DNA of 63,961 nucleotides, filler included, from Octopus bimaculoides (GCF_001194135.2; 5 parts of 5 records of this genome joined end to end with filler, not necessarily neighbours in it), one strand, 5' to 3'. Positions 28,130 to 41,003 are shown, counted from the whole stretch's first letter. A program made the numbers and translations. Notes: generated by a model not told the origin, from the sequence alone.

Positions 28130-28560
28130 TTTATTGGCTCCGGTGAGGTGTCTCGGAACATTCACGATGTGAATGTTCCTAGCCCTCTCCTCACCCCCTC
28201 ACCCGTTCGCGAGCGTGCATTTTTTACTTCATATCTGTTCCCAGCAACTGTGTAGCAACAGATCGCCAGCAATTGCTTCATCAGAAATTGCTGTCCTAGC
28301 TCCTGCTAAAAGGGATTACCCTGCTATGTATTATCAGGGCAGCGCAAAAAGTTGTTTTGCACAAGCATTTCTATAGCCAATTAGACGGATGAAATTGACG
28401 TACACTTAATAATGTTACGCAAAACAGCCTTCAGACTTTCCCTATTAATTTCATGGTCTTTTGAATTATGAACATATTTACATCATAATGGTTTTTTTCG
28501 TTGTAAGGCTTTCTTTTTCAGTTGATTTTCACCTAGCAAGACTCATCGTAGATGGCGTAA
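28130..28560. promoter_or_regulatory. Promoter-like CpG-containing island
   Basis: Inverted CCAAT (ATTGG 28133), AGCCAATTAG 28375, TTCGCGAG 28206, TGACGTA 28396, YY1-like AGATGGCG 28550; lies where CpG content drops. Confidence 0.5.
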
Positions 28561-29149
28561 TAAGTCACACCCGGACAACATCGGGTTATACTGCTAGTTA
28601 TTAAATAAAACCAAGATTGTCTTACTTACAAATATTAAAATAGAACCAAATTAGAATCAAGAACAAGTGATGTAATTTGAAAACAATATACTTAAGTAAC
28701 TGTATCTCACTGAAGATTTCTATTGATAGATGTGTGAAATCATGAAGGGAAAATTTTAGGCAATTGGTACTGAAAAGCAACCAATTGATTATGTTTAAGA
28801 GAAATTATGAAAACATATAGAGTGAGAACAACTTGGGTGGGTTAGATTTAAAAAGGAATGTTGGTATTGAATTTTGATCAGTAAATCTTGGGCAAATTAA
28901 GACGTACAAACTTATGTAAATTTCATTTCAAAATATGGTTAGTGAAATATGTATGCCTCAGGGTGATTTCCTACTAGTTGCTGAATGACATTTACACATT
29001 TTATTTACAATCTGTGTAATTTTTCTGATATTCTGCATCTAATTTTTCCTTGAATACTTTATTTGTTTAATAGTACTCACTTGCAGAAAAATGTGCTCTG
29101 CTCAATTTGTTTCCTTATAACTTTCTAAAAATGGGTAATGAAAGCTTCT

Positions 29150-30075
29150 TCAAATATATTTCAGATGTGTAGCAAACCACATCGAACATAGGAGTGGAAT
29201 GAGAACATAGATACCATGCTCAAACCTTTTGGTAATGTGTTGTGCCTGATCTTCAGCTTTATGTTAACATCCACTGGGCAACTAAGTTCCACAACTATGC
29301 ACAGTTTCTCTTCTCAATCCCAAATCCTTATATCAAATCTGTTGTGCTTACATTTTATTGAGGTCTTCACTGGTGCATTCCACCAATATTCCTTTTCATT
29401 AATAGTGGCTATGGCTTCGACTGTATTGCGGGTTTTTTATTTCTTTGTCCTCGGGATTATCCTTCCGACAGATTTCATTATAGGGTGTCCTAGCTAGAAT
29501 GTCACATCTCATTGGCACATATATTACCATGATGACATTTTTAGACAACTGCTTATGATGTGGTTTATATCTTCAGTGTGAACTCCACAAAGTCTGCATC
29601 GGTTGTCACATTTTACAGCTTTCCTTGCATCTCTATCCCTTTTGTGCATCAGGTACTTGGTTGATATTTCCTGTTCCTGGATTGCAAATGCATACCCATC
29701 AAAGTGGGAGGTAGAGACTGCTTTGATGATTGATGTTACTATCATCACAGAACTTTCTACTAGCATATCCATGCATAGTCTTCTGCTCATATAGGCTCAT
29801 CCTTTCATCTGATGATATATTGTGATAGAGTCATGCGACTTCTTTGGGCATGTTTTCTAGGTTATCAGACAAAGAATGTTGCTCAAGGAGCTGCCTTCCA
29901 AGTCTTATGATATTATCAGCCCCATGCATGCAAACTTGGTGAAGGATGCACTTCAACGCTTGGTAGTTAAAAGATGTTACCGAAGGGATGTGATGGGACA
30001 TTCAAAGGCATTTTGGATTGATGTTAAGCCTTCCCACCTTAGGCAGAAGCGGTCTACGTCAATGTTTATGTGGAA
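29150..30075 (-). mobile_element. RLE-type non-LTR retrotransposon relic (R4/Dong-like), 3' part
   Basis: NIDVDRFCL...GLTSIQNAFEC; GYAFAIQEQEISTKY; CRLCGVHTEDINHIISSC zinc knuckle; HNRFDIRIWD.EEKLCIVVELSCPVDVN restriction-like endonuclease motif; stops and frameshifts. Confidence 0.85.
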
Positions 30076-31619
30076 ATTATGTGTGCTGGTTAGTATTTTT
30101 ATGCATGTATGTGAGTGAGTGAATAGACTGATGGGTGGATAGAAGGACATATATATATTTCATATGTAATGTCTGCAGAAAAAATGCAGTGGAAATTGAA
30201 ATATTTGGTAGAACGAGACATTTAATTTTTATGCAAAGAATTCTAATACTTAGTAATCAATGTATGCACTATCAATTTTACTACAGTTTTCTCTTGTGAA
30301 CTATTGGCTATTTTGTGAAACAATGAAATTATTAATTAGAAAGCACCATAAATGAAACATTATCAAATTAAAAGAAATTGTGTAAAAATGAATACATGGA
30401 GGATCCTAATCCTGAGCATTGATTAAAAAAGTTAGAGAATAGAATTCTGTATGATTTTGGAGTGCAATGTTAGCTTGGTTTATAATTGTCAGTATAAAGC
30501 TTTGTAACAAATAGAATTTTTTAAATTTTATTTGGAAAAGCATGGTGGTTAACTTTAAACTTCAAATTTGACTTGACAGCTTTTCTGTTTTGGTTTCTAG
30601 ACAAGGTGTGTATTGATAAAATATTTGATTTCTATGAACAAATTTTTAGTGAGATATCCAACCATCAAAACAAAGCACTTAGCTGAATCTTCTACACAAA
30701 AATCATAAAACACCATTGGAATCCAATTTGAACACTTATTACTAACAGAAGGAGACATAGAGTAATATAAGTCTGCTGTTCAACTTGCAAGTTTTAATGT
30801 TAATTTTTACATACTCCCACTGAAACACTTTCCTCTAAAACACAAATAAAATTAAAATCACATGGGCGACCACCTACAACTTTGTACATCAAACTTAAAT
30901 GCTAGACATTGAAGCTTAAACCCAGACATACTACCTAAATACTTCTACTTGTTATTGTATTAACACTAAAAATTGTCTGTCTGAAGGAAATTCTAAAGCT
31001 AAAAATTTGTTTACTATCTCAGTCTTAACACTAACATAACTTCAATTTTGTATATGAGTTTCATTGCTTAATTCATTCAAAATGAAATTTTATCAACACA
31101 TATGTTTTGGTGACAGAATGAAAGCACTGACACTTCACTATTGGATCATAATTGGAACTTAAACTGTATCAATATGCCATTTAATATAAAATTTCAAATT
31201 TATGTATTTGTTTTGCAAGAAAATTTTATCTTAAACTGACTGTGATGCTCAGAATCAGATGAAATTATCTTTTCAAACCTTCCACTTAATCAACAATCAG
31301 ACCTAGTCTTAGCTCATAGATAGTAGGATATTTAGTACACTAAAACACTTTAAGCCTATTATATTTCCAAATAGCTAAAAATCTGTGGAACACAACCTCA
31401 CACATATTTATCATATTAAAAAATTTCTAGTATTCTAATACTATATTTTAAATTTATTTTATCTTCATGTACATTGTAAATGCTTTCAACATTAAATTCT
31501 TTGTTACCGACGTCAACAGCACAATTTTGCTAATAGTTATTACTGCATTCTTACACAATAGAAAATAGTTTTTTTGTTATTATAATATATTAAAAAAATA
31601 TACAACACTAAATAATCTA

Positions 31620-31831
31620 TTCTACTATAGGCACAAGGCCTGAAATTTTTGCAGGGTGGGAGACAGTTTATTACATTGACCCCAGTGCCTGACTGGCACT
31701 TATTTCACCATCTTTTGAAGGATAAAAGGCAGAATCAACTTCAGCAAAATTTGATCTCAGAAAGAAAAGATGGATGAAATGCCACTAAGCATTTTACCTG
31801 GTGTGCTAACAATTCTGCCAGCTCACCGCCT
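31620..31831 (-). mobile_element. SINE family B, CpG-decayed
   Basis: GTGCTAACAATTCTGCCAGCTCACCGCC head. Confidence 0.8.
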
Positions 31832-32318
31832 TACACAACACTAAATAATAACAGTTCTATATTTAAGAGATGAGGAATTATTTACATTATTTACATTTGA
31901 CGGATATTTGTGTTCATATAAGTTATTTATACACCTGTTTATCTAAACTGTAATCTCTTGTAGACCAATACTATTTTAATCCTCATTTTTATACCTTATA
32001 ATCTTTTATCATCAATCATATATTCCAATGTAACTTACATTTCAGCATAACTTAAACTCCAGTGTAACTTATATTTCAATATAACATATTCCAATAAAAC
32101 TTGCCTTCCAATGCAGTCATTATTACACTCTTTTATTTGGATGTCATGTGTTTTATGTTTTTTTCTTATTTAATAATTTCACTGTTCTAGCATAAAACAT
32201 GTTTCTCTCAATAACAAACAGTAGTTTCATACATATAAATTTGACACAACCTCTGTAAAAGCTGCTATTTTATGATATGGACATTTTACATTCATCTTCC
32301 TCCCTCTGTAAGCTAATC

Positions 32319-32354
<36 letters not shown>

Positions 32355-32364
32355 AGGCACAGGC

Positions 32365-32462
32365 ACAGGCATGGTTGTGTTGTTGAAAAGTTACTTCTCA
32401 ACCATATGGTTTCAGGTTCAGTCTTACTGCATTACTACATAATATCTTGGGCAAGCTCCAGG
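32365..32462 (+). mobile_element. Decayed SINE family A head
   Basis: CAGGTTCAGTCTTACTG...TCTTGGGCAAG. Confidence 0.6.
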
Positions 32463-33007
32463 CCGTGTGTGTGTGTGTTTTTGGGTGTGTGGCAAGGGAG
32501 ACAACAGTGACCTAACATTGCCAGGTCACTGTCATCTCCCATGCCACACACACATCAAGCCAAATTCTTCCTCTTCTGGTCAGTTCAGCATGCCTTGGCC
32601 TTTTAACTCAGGTACGTCTATTTTTTTCCATCTTTTTTCTCTCCTTATCTATTCTCTCTGTAGAAAAGTGCACACTCAAAGTATTAAAAACTTTTTCCAT
32701 TTTTCCTGAACATCAACCTAATACACTTTGACCTCATCTTTGTGTTTTCTTTAATTTTGGACCATATATTGTATATGCTCATGTGGTCATCCCAGTGTGA
32801 TCTTCCCTGATTGAACCTTCTCCTCTCTTGGACTCCCATCTCCTTTAAGACTTATTTCTTGGATTATTGCCACCTCTCAAAGACTACCTAACCATCAACT
32901 CCATCCAGATTATCACTTGAACTTTATACTACTTGGATTACCACCTTCCTGAATCCAACTCTGCACTCTTGTTTGTGTGTGTGTATATATATATATATAT
33001 AATATAT

Positions 33008-33304
33008 AAGCAATGTTAATTCTCTAAACAAAGTATTAACAGTAACTGCACGATAAAGTGTAGTATATTGCCACTTAAGTGTAGCTGACTCCTAGGGGTG
33101 GATGTTACTGTTGCTTTTAGCCCCAGGAGGACATCTCCTGCAGCTGGCTTATCGACACACTAAGCCAACTGGAGGAGATGTCCTCCTGGGGCTAAAAGCA
33201 ACAGTAACATCCACCCCTAGGGGTCAGCCACACTTAAGTGGCAATATACTACACTTTATCGTGCAGTTACTGTTAATACTTCATTTAGAGAATTAACATT
33301 GCTT
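33008..33304. repeat. Foldback palindrome P2: 144-bp arms (33008-33151 / 33161-33304), 9-nt loop
   Basis: Manual alignment: 6 mismatches, no indels. Confidence 0.95.
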
Positions 33305-33661
33305 GTTTTCACCTTTTCGATATCAGTGAAGAATTTCACTGGAAAAGTAGATATAAGATTGCCAAGATTTTATCTCTCTCATCAAAGATCAGTGGCTATC
33401 AGACGCTGACGAAGGGAAANNNNNNNNNNNNNNNNNNNNNNNNNNNNNNNNNNNNNNNNNNNNNNNNNNNNNNNNNNNNNNNNNNNNNNNNNNNNNNNNN
33501 NNNNNNNNNNNNNNNNNNNNNNNNNNNNNNNNNNNNNNNNNNNNNNNNNNNNNNNNNNNNNNNNNNNNNNNNAAAACACGAAAAAACATGAAAAACAACG
33601 TGAGGACGTGGAATAAGTACAGTGCTATTGGACGCTCAGGAAAGAAAAGAAAAGGAAGAGG

Positions 33662-33696
33662 ATTTAACGTTTCGATCGGAGATCTTCGTCAGAAAT
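33662..33696 (-). ncRNA. Minimal type I hammerhead ribozyme motif (dimer type) within repeat 33573-33760
   Basis: ATTT-CUGACGA-A-GAUC-UCC-GAUC-GAAA-C-GU-U-AAAU: complete core, stems I and II, palindromic ACGU stem III. Confidence 0.7.
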
Positions 33697-34319
33697 ATAG
33701 GAAAAGTCCAAAGAAGGGAAGACAGAGAAAGAAAATCGGCAACGATGCACATGCGGTCTGACAGCTGAAAGACAATGGAGCTCTACACATAATATCATGG
33801 AAGATTCTTGGAAATTCAAGCCCCTACATAAATGAAACTAAGCATTATAAACTGCATAGCCAAACAGATGAGGATACTAAAGGACTCCCTTAACCCGGGG
33901 AACATCCTTAACTCCAGGACAGAAGTTTTTTGACCCTGCTTGCACCTCAGGAAATCCCTGCTGGCAGTCAAAGGGAAACAATCTCTTGTTATTGACAGAG
34001 TAGCAAAGTTTTTCCTCTTCCATTTTCTAGAGAGGCCACTTGCTAGAGAAGCCACAGGCCTAGGGTCTGAAGAAATGCTGTAAAGCTAAGCACTTTATGG
34101 ATGTGGAACTCAGGGTAACCCATATCTATCTTTATTTATATACTCTACTGCTCTATAACTTAGAATGTGCTTCTTTTTTTTGGATTTATGATTTACTGAC
34201 GATATGTGTGTGTGTGTGTGTGTGTGTGCGTGCGCACATGTATCTATGTATATAGAAGGTTGCTCTCTCTGTCTCTTAGAGTGAAAGGCAGATTGTATGA
34301 TGCTTGTGTGAAAACAGCA

Positions 34320-34610
34320 GTGCAACATGGTAATGAAATGTGGGCTGTGAAACCAGAAGATATTTGAAGATTAGAAAGACTGCACAGGTATGCAGATGAA
34401 TAAGGAAAGTTGTATAAAGAAATACTGATTGCTAAATGTGGATGGAACTTATGGAAGAGGGAGACCCAGGATGATGTGGGACAAAATAGTGAAGTCTAAC
34501 TTCAGGTAGTTGATCCTCACAGAGAAGATGACAAAATACTGAGATGAATGGTGATTTGCTGTTCTCAAGAAGACCTATCCATCTCAGTAAAAATGAGGTC
34601 CTAAAAGCAT
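34320..34610 (+). mobile_element. Degenerate RTE LINE 3' fragment
   Basis: GTYGRGRPRMMWDKIVK motif as in 45806-46779. Confidence 0.7.
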
Positions 34611-35597
34611 ATCATTTATATTTATTATACCTGTGAAGCCTTTCCAGCCACACTCATCCTTCCCTCACACCACTAACTATGGCAGTATTTCTCAGATACT
34701 ATAATTATATGACAGTAGTACTGTATGTGTTCCTTTTCCTTTTTGTACTACCAGTAATTCCTCTTCTTGGAACAACTTCCCCTGCCACCCAACCTGTACT
34801 CCCAATATTATCCCTTATCACTGCATGTCCACTGAATGCTCCTTTCCTTTGAACACCCTCTAATATCTGCCATCAATGCCGTTTTTTTTCTATCTCACTA
34901 TATCCACCATTGTCTTCTGTCTCTGTCCACCTCTGTCTTTGTTACTCTGCATCTTCTCTCTACTTGGAACTTCTTTCTATTTCTCATCTATCAACACTTT
35001 TACTATACTGTTGCTCTCCATTTTCATATATCATCACCAATTACCCCTTGCTCCATGACCCATTCTTATCTTCTTTACATTCCCCCAAACTGAGACTCCC
35101 CATTGCCCATGACTCCATCAATGATCATCATTACTTTTGCTTCTGTATTCATTTCTACTGTCTGTTTCTCTCTTTCCTTTCTCATTATCACAAACCTACC
35201 TTCCCACTTAGCTTTCCTTGATTCCCTGCCATATTCTGTTTCTGTCCATATTCTGTTTCTTGTACTCTGCAAGTAGACCCTGATACATCATATTCACTAT
35301 CATTTCTCCCTTTCCTACAGGGGTAGCCATGTATCTCCTTTACAGCGAAACACTTGTTCCTGTCCCTCTTTCCTACTTTAGCCTCCCTATACCTAGCACA
35401 AAACCACCTCCCTCAATACTGTACTTCCTCACACACTTTGTAAAGAGGTCTTGTCTTGTGAGTTATTTGGTGACATCACTACTGCAGGTGTCACCAAAAT
35501 GTTCCCGAAATACTGAGAAAAGTGGTTGACATCAGCAAAATATTCAGCTGTAGAAACCTTACCGGAACCCAAAATAGACATTAGAGACTAATACAGA

Positions 35598-35670
35598 ACT
35601 TAGGCTAGTCAGATCCTGTTGAACCATCCAACCCATACTTGCATCAGATATAGACATTAGATGATGATCA
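35598..35670 (+). mobile_element. RTE 3' tail fragment
   Basis: CATCCAACCCAT...GACATTAGATGATGAT. Confidence 0.55.
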
Positions 35671-36888
35671 TGAGAAGGAGGAGGAGGATAATTTCCATTA
35701 CTGTTTAATGAGGAATTTTCAATTACCAACTGGTTAAAATAGTTTATGTCCCACTTAATGAATTCACCATAGCTTTGAATATAGTTAATTAAAAAACTGC
35801 ATTTATTCATCAAAACTAAAACTTTATAAACAATGGCAATCTTTCTTGCTATTGTGTAGTTTATACACTGGATACTGAAAATAATAAAATGTCCTGTGTT
35901 ACTGCATGGAATGGATGAGTACATCACATCTTCTGAGCATGAAAATTGAATACTTGGATGTGAAATGCATTTTCCAAGTTTGTTTTTGCAACTAATTCTA
36001 ATTAGAATTCCTGTTGTTGTTTAGTCTCAAGTCTTGTTAGAGCTTACTCATGACATTTCAGTCATGATCGTCCCATCATCTTTTATAGCCACAACTACAT
36101 GATCAAATGTATTTTTATTCTTTTAATGACAGTAAAGTGTGATTTTGGAGAGATTTGTCTGCTACTTCTAGCAGGGTAAACAACTGCGTGTTGGTTATCT
36201 CTACAGCAACTACAGGTGAATAAATATTTGTGAGTCACCCCACAATCTACCTTTCTTTGAGAATCTGTCTCTGTCTGAGTCTCTCTGTCTGCCAGTCTGC
36301 CCATCTGTCATTCTGTTTTGTTTATTGTTTGTCTATCTGGCTTATTGCCTGTCTCCCACTGAATGTAGACAAAAATAAATAACCAAAACAAAAGATCTCT
36401 GTCTATGCCTCTGATTTCTGTTGTTGCTCCAGTTCTTGTCGTTGGTGGTGATGGCAATGGTTGTACTGCTGCTAGCTGTTGTAGTGGTAGTAGTAATAAT
36501 GGTACATTACTACAACTGTTGAAAACCTCAAAACTTTCAAGTCTGTTTTCCACCTTATTACTATCTCTACTACTGCCTGTGTCTTTCAGATACAGTTCAC
36601 TTCATCATTTCAACTAGAACATTCCTTCACTACCACCACCCCTTACTTCCTTCTGAAAATTCTGATATTTTTATACATATATATGAATATATGTGTATGT
36701 ATGTGTGTGTGTGTGTGTGTGTAATCACAAATATGCGTACATATACATATATATACATATATGTGTGTATCGTTCTCTCTCTATATATATATGCATGCAT
36801 ATATGTACATTTGTATATGTATCCACATATATATATATATAGACACACACACACACATATATATGTGTATATGCAAATATGTATGTGT

Positions 36889-36965
<77 letters not shown>

Positions 36966-37348
36966 TATGTATACACATGTATATATGCATATACACACAT
37001 ATATACATTTAAATATATATGCATGTATGTGTATGCGCACGTGCATGTGTGTGTGTGTGTGCACATGTGTGTGTATTTAACTTTGTATTTGTGACAGTTC
37101 TCCACTGACAACATGGTCTGACATATTGACAAAAATATCTAGGAGATACTAGAAAAGTTTTGTGCCAATCTTTCCTTGGGCTGTCTTATTTAATTTTTTA
37201 TCAGCTACTACTACTACTACTACCAACGCCACCCCACCCCCACCACAACCATCATCATCATCACTATCATCACCATCATCATCGTTGTCGTCATCATTCA
37301 AAAATGACATGCTAGCTCGTCAAATACCATTCTTAGTAAGTACATGTG

Positions 37349-38625
37349 CATGGGTTGGCCAAAATAATGGAAACACCTTAGAATTTCAAACAAATTTATT
37401 TTAATATGGAGTAGGACCACCTTTGGCAGTAATTACAGCTTGAATTCTACGAGGTAGGGATTCGTACAAAGTTTGAATTGTTTCCAAAGGAATTTTTGTC
37501 CATTCTTCAGCTAAAACAATCTCCAATTCTTGTTGTGATGATGGTGGAGGATATTGACTCCTTACTTGTTTTTCTAAAATGCACCATAAATGTTCAATAA
37601 TATTGAGATCTGGGGACTGTAGTGGCCAGATAAGATGTTGAATTTCACTAGAATGTTCCTCATGCCATTCAGTAAAAACTTTAGCTGTGTGAATTGGTGC
37701 ATTATCATCCTGAAAGATTGCGTTTCCCTTTGGAAACAGTTCTGCAACCATAGGATGAATTTGATTAGATAAAATGCTTGAATAGTCTTCACTATTAATT
37801 CTGCCATGAAGGGAAACCATTGGGCTAGTGGATTTTCAAGATATAGCCCCCCCCCCTTCCCCCAGATCATCACAGATCCTCCTCCATGTTTAACAGTTGG
37901 AAGAAGGCAGTCTGGGTCAAATGCTTCTTTTGGCTGTCTCCACATGTATACTCGGCCGGTGGTCAGAAATAAGGTAAAGGATGACTTGTCCGAGTAAATG
38001 ACATTCTTCAACTGCTCCGCGGACCAACTCTGTAGGTTTTTACTCCACTCTAAATGCTTTGCAACGTTTGTTTTTGAAAGTAGTGGTTTTCTGATTGTAG
38101 CCCTCCCATGAAATCCAGTTTTGTGCAGCTCCTGGTGAACAGTTTTTTTGGAAACTGGGTTCTTGAGGTGGTCATTAAACTCTGCAGTAATTTTGGGAGC
38201 TGTACTTTTGTGATCCTTTCTAAAAATTCATGTAAGAGTCTGACAGTCCCTATCTGGAAGTTTTGGTTTTCTTCTGAAGTTTTGTTTCGACGAGGAGGTT
38301 TTCCCTCTTTCTCAAAGGCTGTCATTACATTTGAGACAGTACTTCTTGATACACCAAACATTTCATCTTTTTTCATCACACTAATGCCTGCCATATGAGC
38401 ACCAACAATTTGAAAGTCCAATAGATCTGTCATTTTAATGAATTTTAATTACCTTTCTCTGATGATATCTGAAAAGAAACAGCAATTTTAGCAAAACATA
38501 TATTAAGCAACACTAATAATAAATAAAAAAAACACAAAAATAAACAAGCGTTTGATGGTTTTATAGATATCTCAAAATTATGATGCTATGATGCTAGGTA
38601 TTTCCATTATTTTATCCAACCCCTG
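37349..38625 (-). mobile_element. Tc1-family DNA transposon (DD34E), frameshifted
   Basis: TIRs CA(G/T)GGGTTGG..AAAATAATGGAAA.ACCT at both ends, TA outside the right end; transposase 38433-37401 with VIYSDKSSF, FQDDNAPIH, SPDLNIIEHLW, RRIQAVITAKGGPTPY. Confidence 0.95.
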
Positions 38626-38778
38626 TATATGTGTGTGTGTTTATATGTATACACATACACATCTATATGTTTTTGTACATATATATATATATATATAAAG
38701 GTTTTTAACTTTTAAATTTGCATATTCAAAAAAGACAGAGACTTCAAACTCGATATATCGATTTATTCACCACTCTAT

Positions 38779-38850
38779 GTCAACATTTCTGTGCCAAACT
38801 TATCCAGTGACTGGTCCATTGGATTTTGACATTTGGCACTTCTTCAGGAA
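38779..38850 (-). ncRNA. Degenerate hammerhead-like motif with long stem II
   Basis: CTGAAGA-A-GTGCCAAA...TTTGGCAC-A-GAAAT-GT-T; 8-bp stem II. Confidence 0.4.
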
Positions 38851-38930
38851 TGGTTACTATCGGAACAAAACACGAAAAAACACATACATGACGATCATAT
38901 TAAATCATTATTAAAATCCCGTTACAGTTC

Positions 38931-38970
<40 letters not shown>

Positions 38971-39269
38971 GTGTTTATGTATATTTGTATATGTTGTGTG
39001 TGTGTTTGTGTATTAATGTTTGTTTTTATGCTCACTTATAATAATAATTTTACATTAATCTGATGGGCTACATTTGTAGCATACAAATTTATTATTTTTA
39101 AACAAGAATGTCGTTGATAGTGACTTTGAAGTTTTGGTTAGCTAAACCATTTGATGATGGCTTACTCGCCAAAACTTTGAAGTTGCTGTCAACAACATTC
39201 TTGTTTAAGAATAATATATATGTGTGTGTTTGTGTATTTGTATGTATATATGCATATACATATGATCTG

Positions 39270-39530
39270 ATGGATGGGCAAATCAGTGTGTGCATACAAC
39301 AGAGTTTAAGTGATTTAATAGAAAAATTGGGTATAAGAGGCATCAAATGTTGTGTGCAAGAGAGAAGACTGCACTGGTATGGTCTTGTAATGCATATGGA
39401 TGAGGACAGCTGTATATAGAAGTGCCAATCTCTAAGAGTGGAGGGAACCTCTGGAAGGGGTAGTAGACCCAGGAAGATGTGGCAAGAAGTGTTGAGAAAT
39501 GATCTATAGTTGTTGAGCCTCACTGGGGCT
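39270..39530 (+). mobile_element. RTE LINE ORF 3' fragment
   Basis: EKLGIRGIKCCVQERRLHWYGLVMHMDEDSCI...GRGSRPRKMW. Confidence 0.9.
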
Positions 39531-39938
39531 GTGCTTGAGATGTTGCATCAAGTTAAGTTAAACCATGACCATCCATACATACAGGCATGTCCTTCACAGC
39601 CAGCACCCCTCCCCCATGCACACATATTTCTATGATCTGTCAAAACTCCCCACAAACCATCTTCCCCATACCCCCATCACCTAATGCAGGCCCCCTCCAC
39701 TGTCCCTCATGTACCTATCCACACACTCTCCATGGTCTCACATATCTACCGTAAATTCCAATTCCTCTCAGCACCACTTGCTACATCCCCTCCCAACCAT
39801 TCCTTTCAACATCACTTGCTATCTCTAATCATCTTCCCTCCCACTCTTATGGAACATCCCCTATATTCTCTCTTTGCTACTTATACTCCTGCACTCATTG
39901 TTCCCTGTGGGTGGGCCCTCTCTCTCTCTTACTCTGAT

Positions 39939-39988
<50 letters not shown>

Positions 39989-40134
39989 TCTGATTGTCTC
40001 TCTATATCTTTCTCTCTCTCCCTCCCATATTCCTCCCATATTCCTCTTCTTGCTTGTCCTATTGAGATACCCAAGTATCTTCTCTGTTAGTAAGAGGGCT
40101 ATTTCTGTTATTCTTTTATACACTAATCCCAAGC

Positions 40135-40541
40135 CTGGCACAAAGCCACTTCTATCAGTTCCACTCCCTCTCTCAGCTCAGAAGTCTTTGTCTTGCAAGT
40201 AACTTCATGACCATGTGTGCGCTGATGCCACATAAAAAGCATCCATGTTGGTGCCATATAAAATGCACCCACTCTGGTGCCATTTAAAAATACCTGTGCT
40301 GGTGCCATGTAGTGGTGCCATGTAAAAAGCACCCACATAAAAACACTTGTGCTGGTACCATATAACAAGCACCCAGTAGACTCTGTAAAGAGGTTGGTGT
40401 TACAAAGGGCTTTCAGCCATAGAAACTATGCCAAAACAGAAAATTGGAGCCTGTGAAGCTCCCTGGCCTGCCAGCTCCTGCCAAACCAAACCCATGCCAG
40501 TATGGAAAATGGACATTAAATGATGATGATGATGGCGATGA
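40135..40541 (+). mobile_element. RTE 3' UTR with hairpin-module array and (GAT)n tail
   Basis: Aligns to 46250-46779; tail AAATGATGATGATG. Confidence 0.8.
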
Positions 40542-40554
40542 TATATATATATAT

Positions 40555-40870
40555 GTAAACGGATGAAGACTCCCTTTGGTCATGAATGACCATGGATTGA
40601 ACCTAGAAAGTTACCATCCAAAGCACTACTCTGGACAAATTTGTTTATGGAAGAGCATCAGTTGCCCATGCATACCAGCCTCCCCTCTCCACACCACAAA
40701 TGTTGTCTAAGAGAAAGGCAAAGGCCATTACAGCTTGGCACCAGTGATATTGCAACTCAATTCTACTGTTGACTGAACTGGAGCAAGAACACCACTCATA
40801 ACCCAGTCTAAGAATCAAATTCACTACTTCATGATTGTGAGCCTGATGTTCTAACCACTGAGCCATGCAC
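40555..40870 (-). mobile_element. SINE family C
   Basis: Minus head GGTGCATGGCTCAGTGGTTAGAAC; body matches 14830-15150. Confidence 0.8.
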
Positions 40871-41003
40871 CTTTGCCTATTATATATATATATATATATA
40901 TATNNNNNNNNNNNNNNNNNNNNNNNNNNNNNNNNNNNNNNNNNNNNTTAATTAATTAANNNNNNNNNNNNNNNNNNNNNNNNNNNNNNNNNNNNNNNNN
41001 NNN

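Noticed and set aside
32525-32611. 87-nt candidate exon with CAG|GTACGT donor
   Set aside because: Weak acceptor, two open frames, adjacent to SINE debris, no recognisable peptide.
33350-33390. Minus-strand TTGATGA-GAGAGAT-AAA-ATCTT hammerhead-like relic
   Set aside because: Too eroded; no GAAA.
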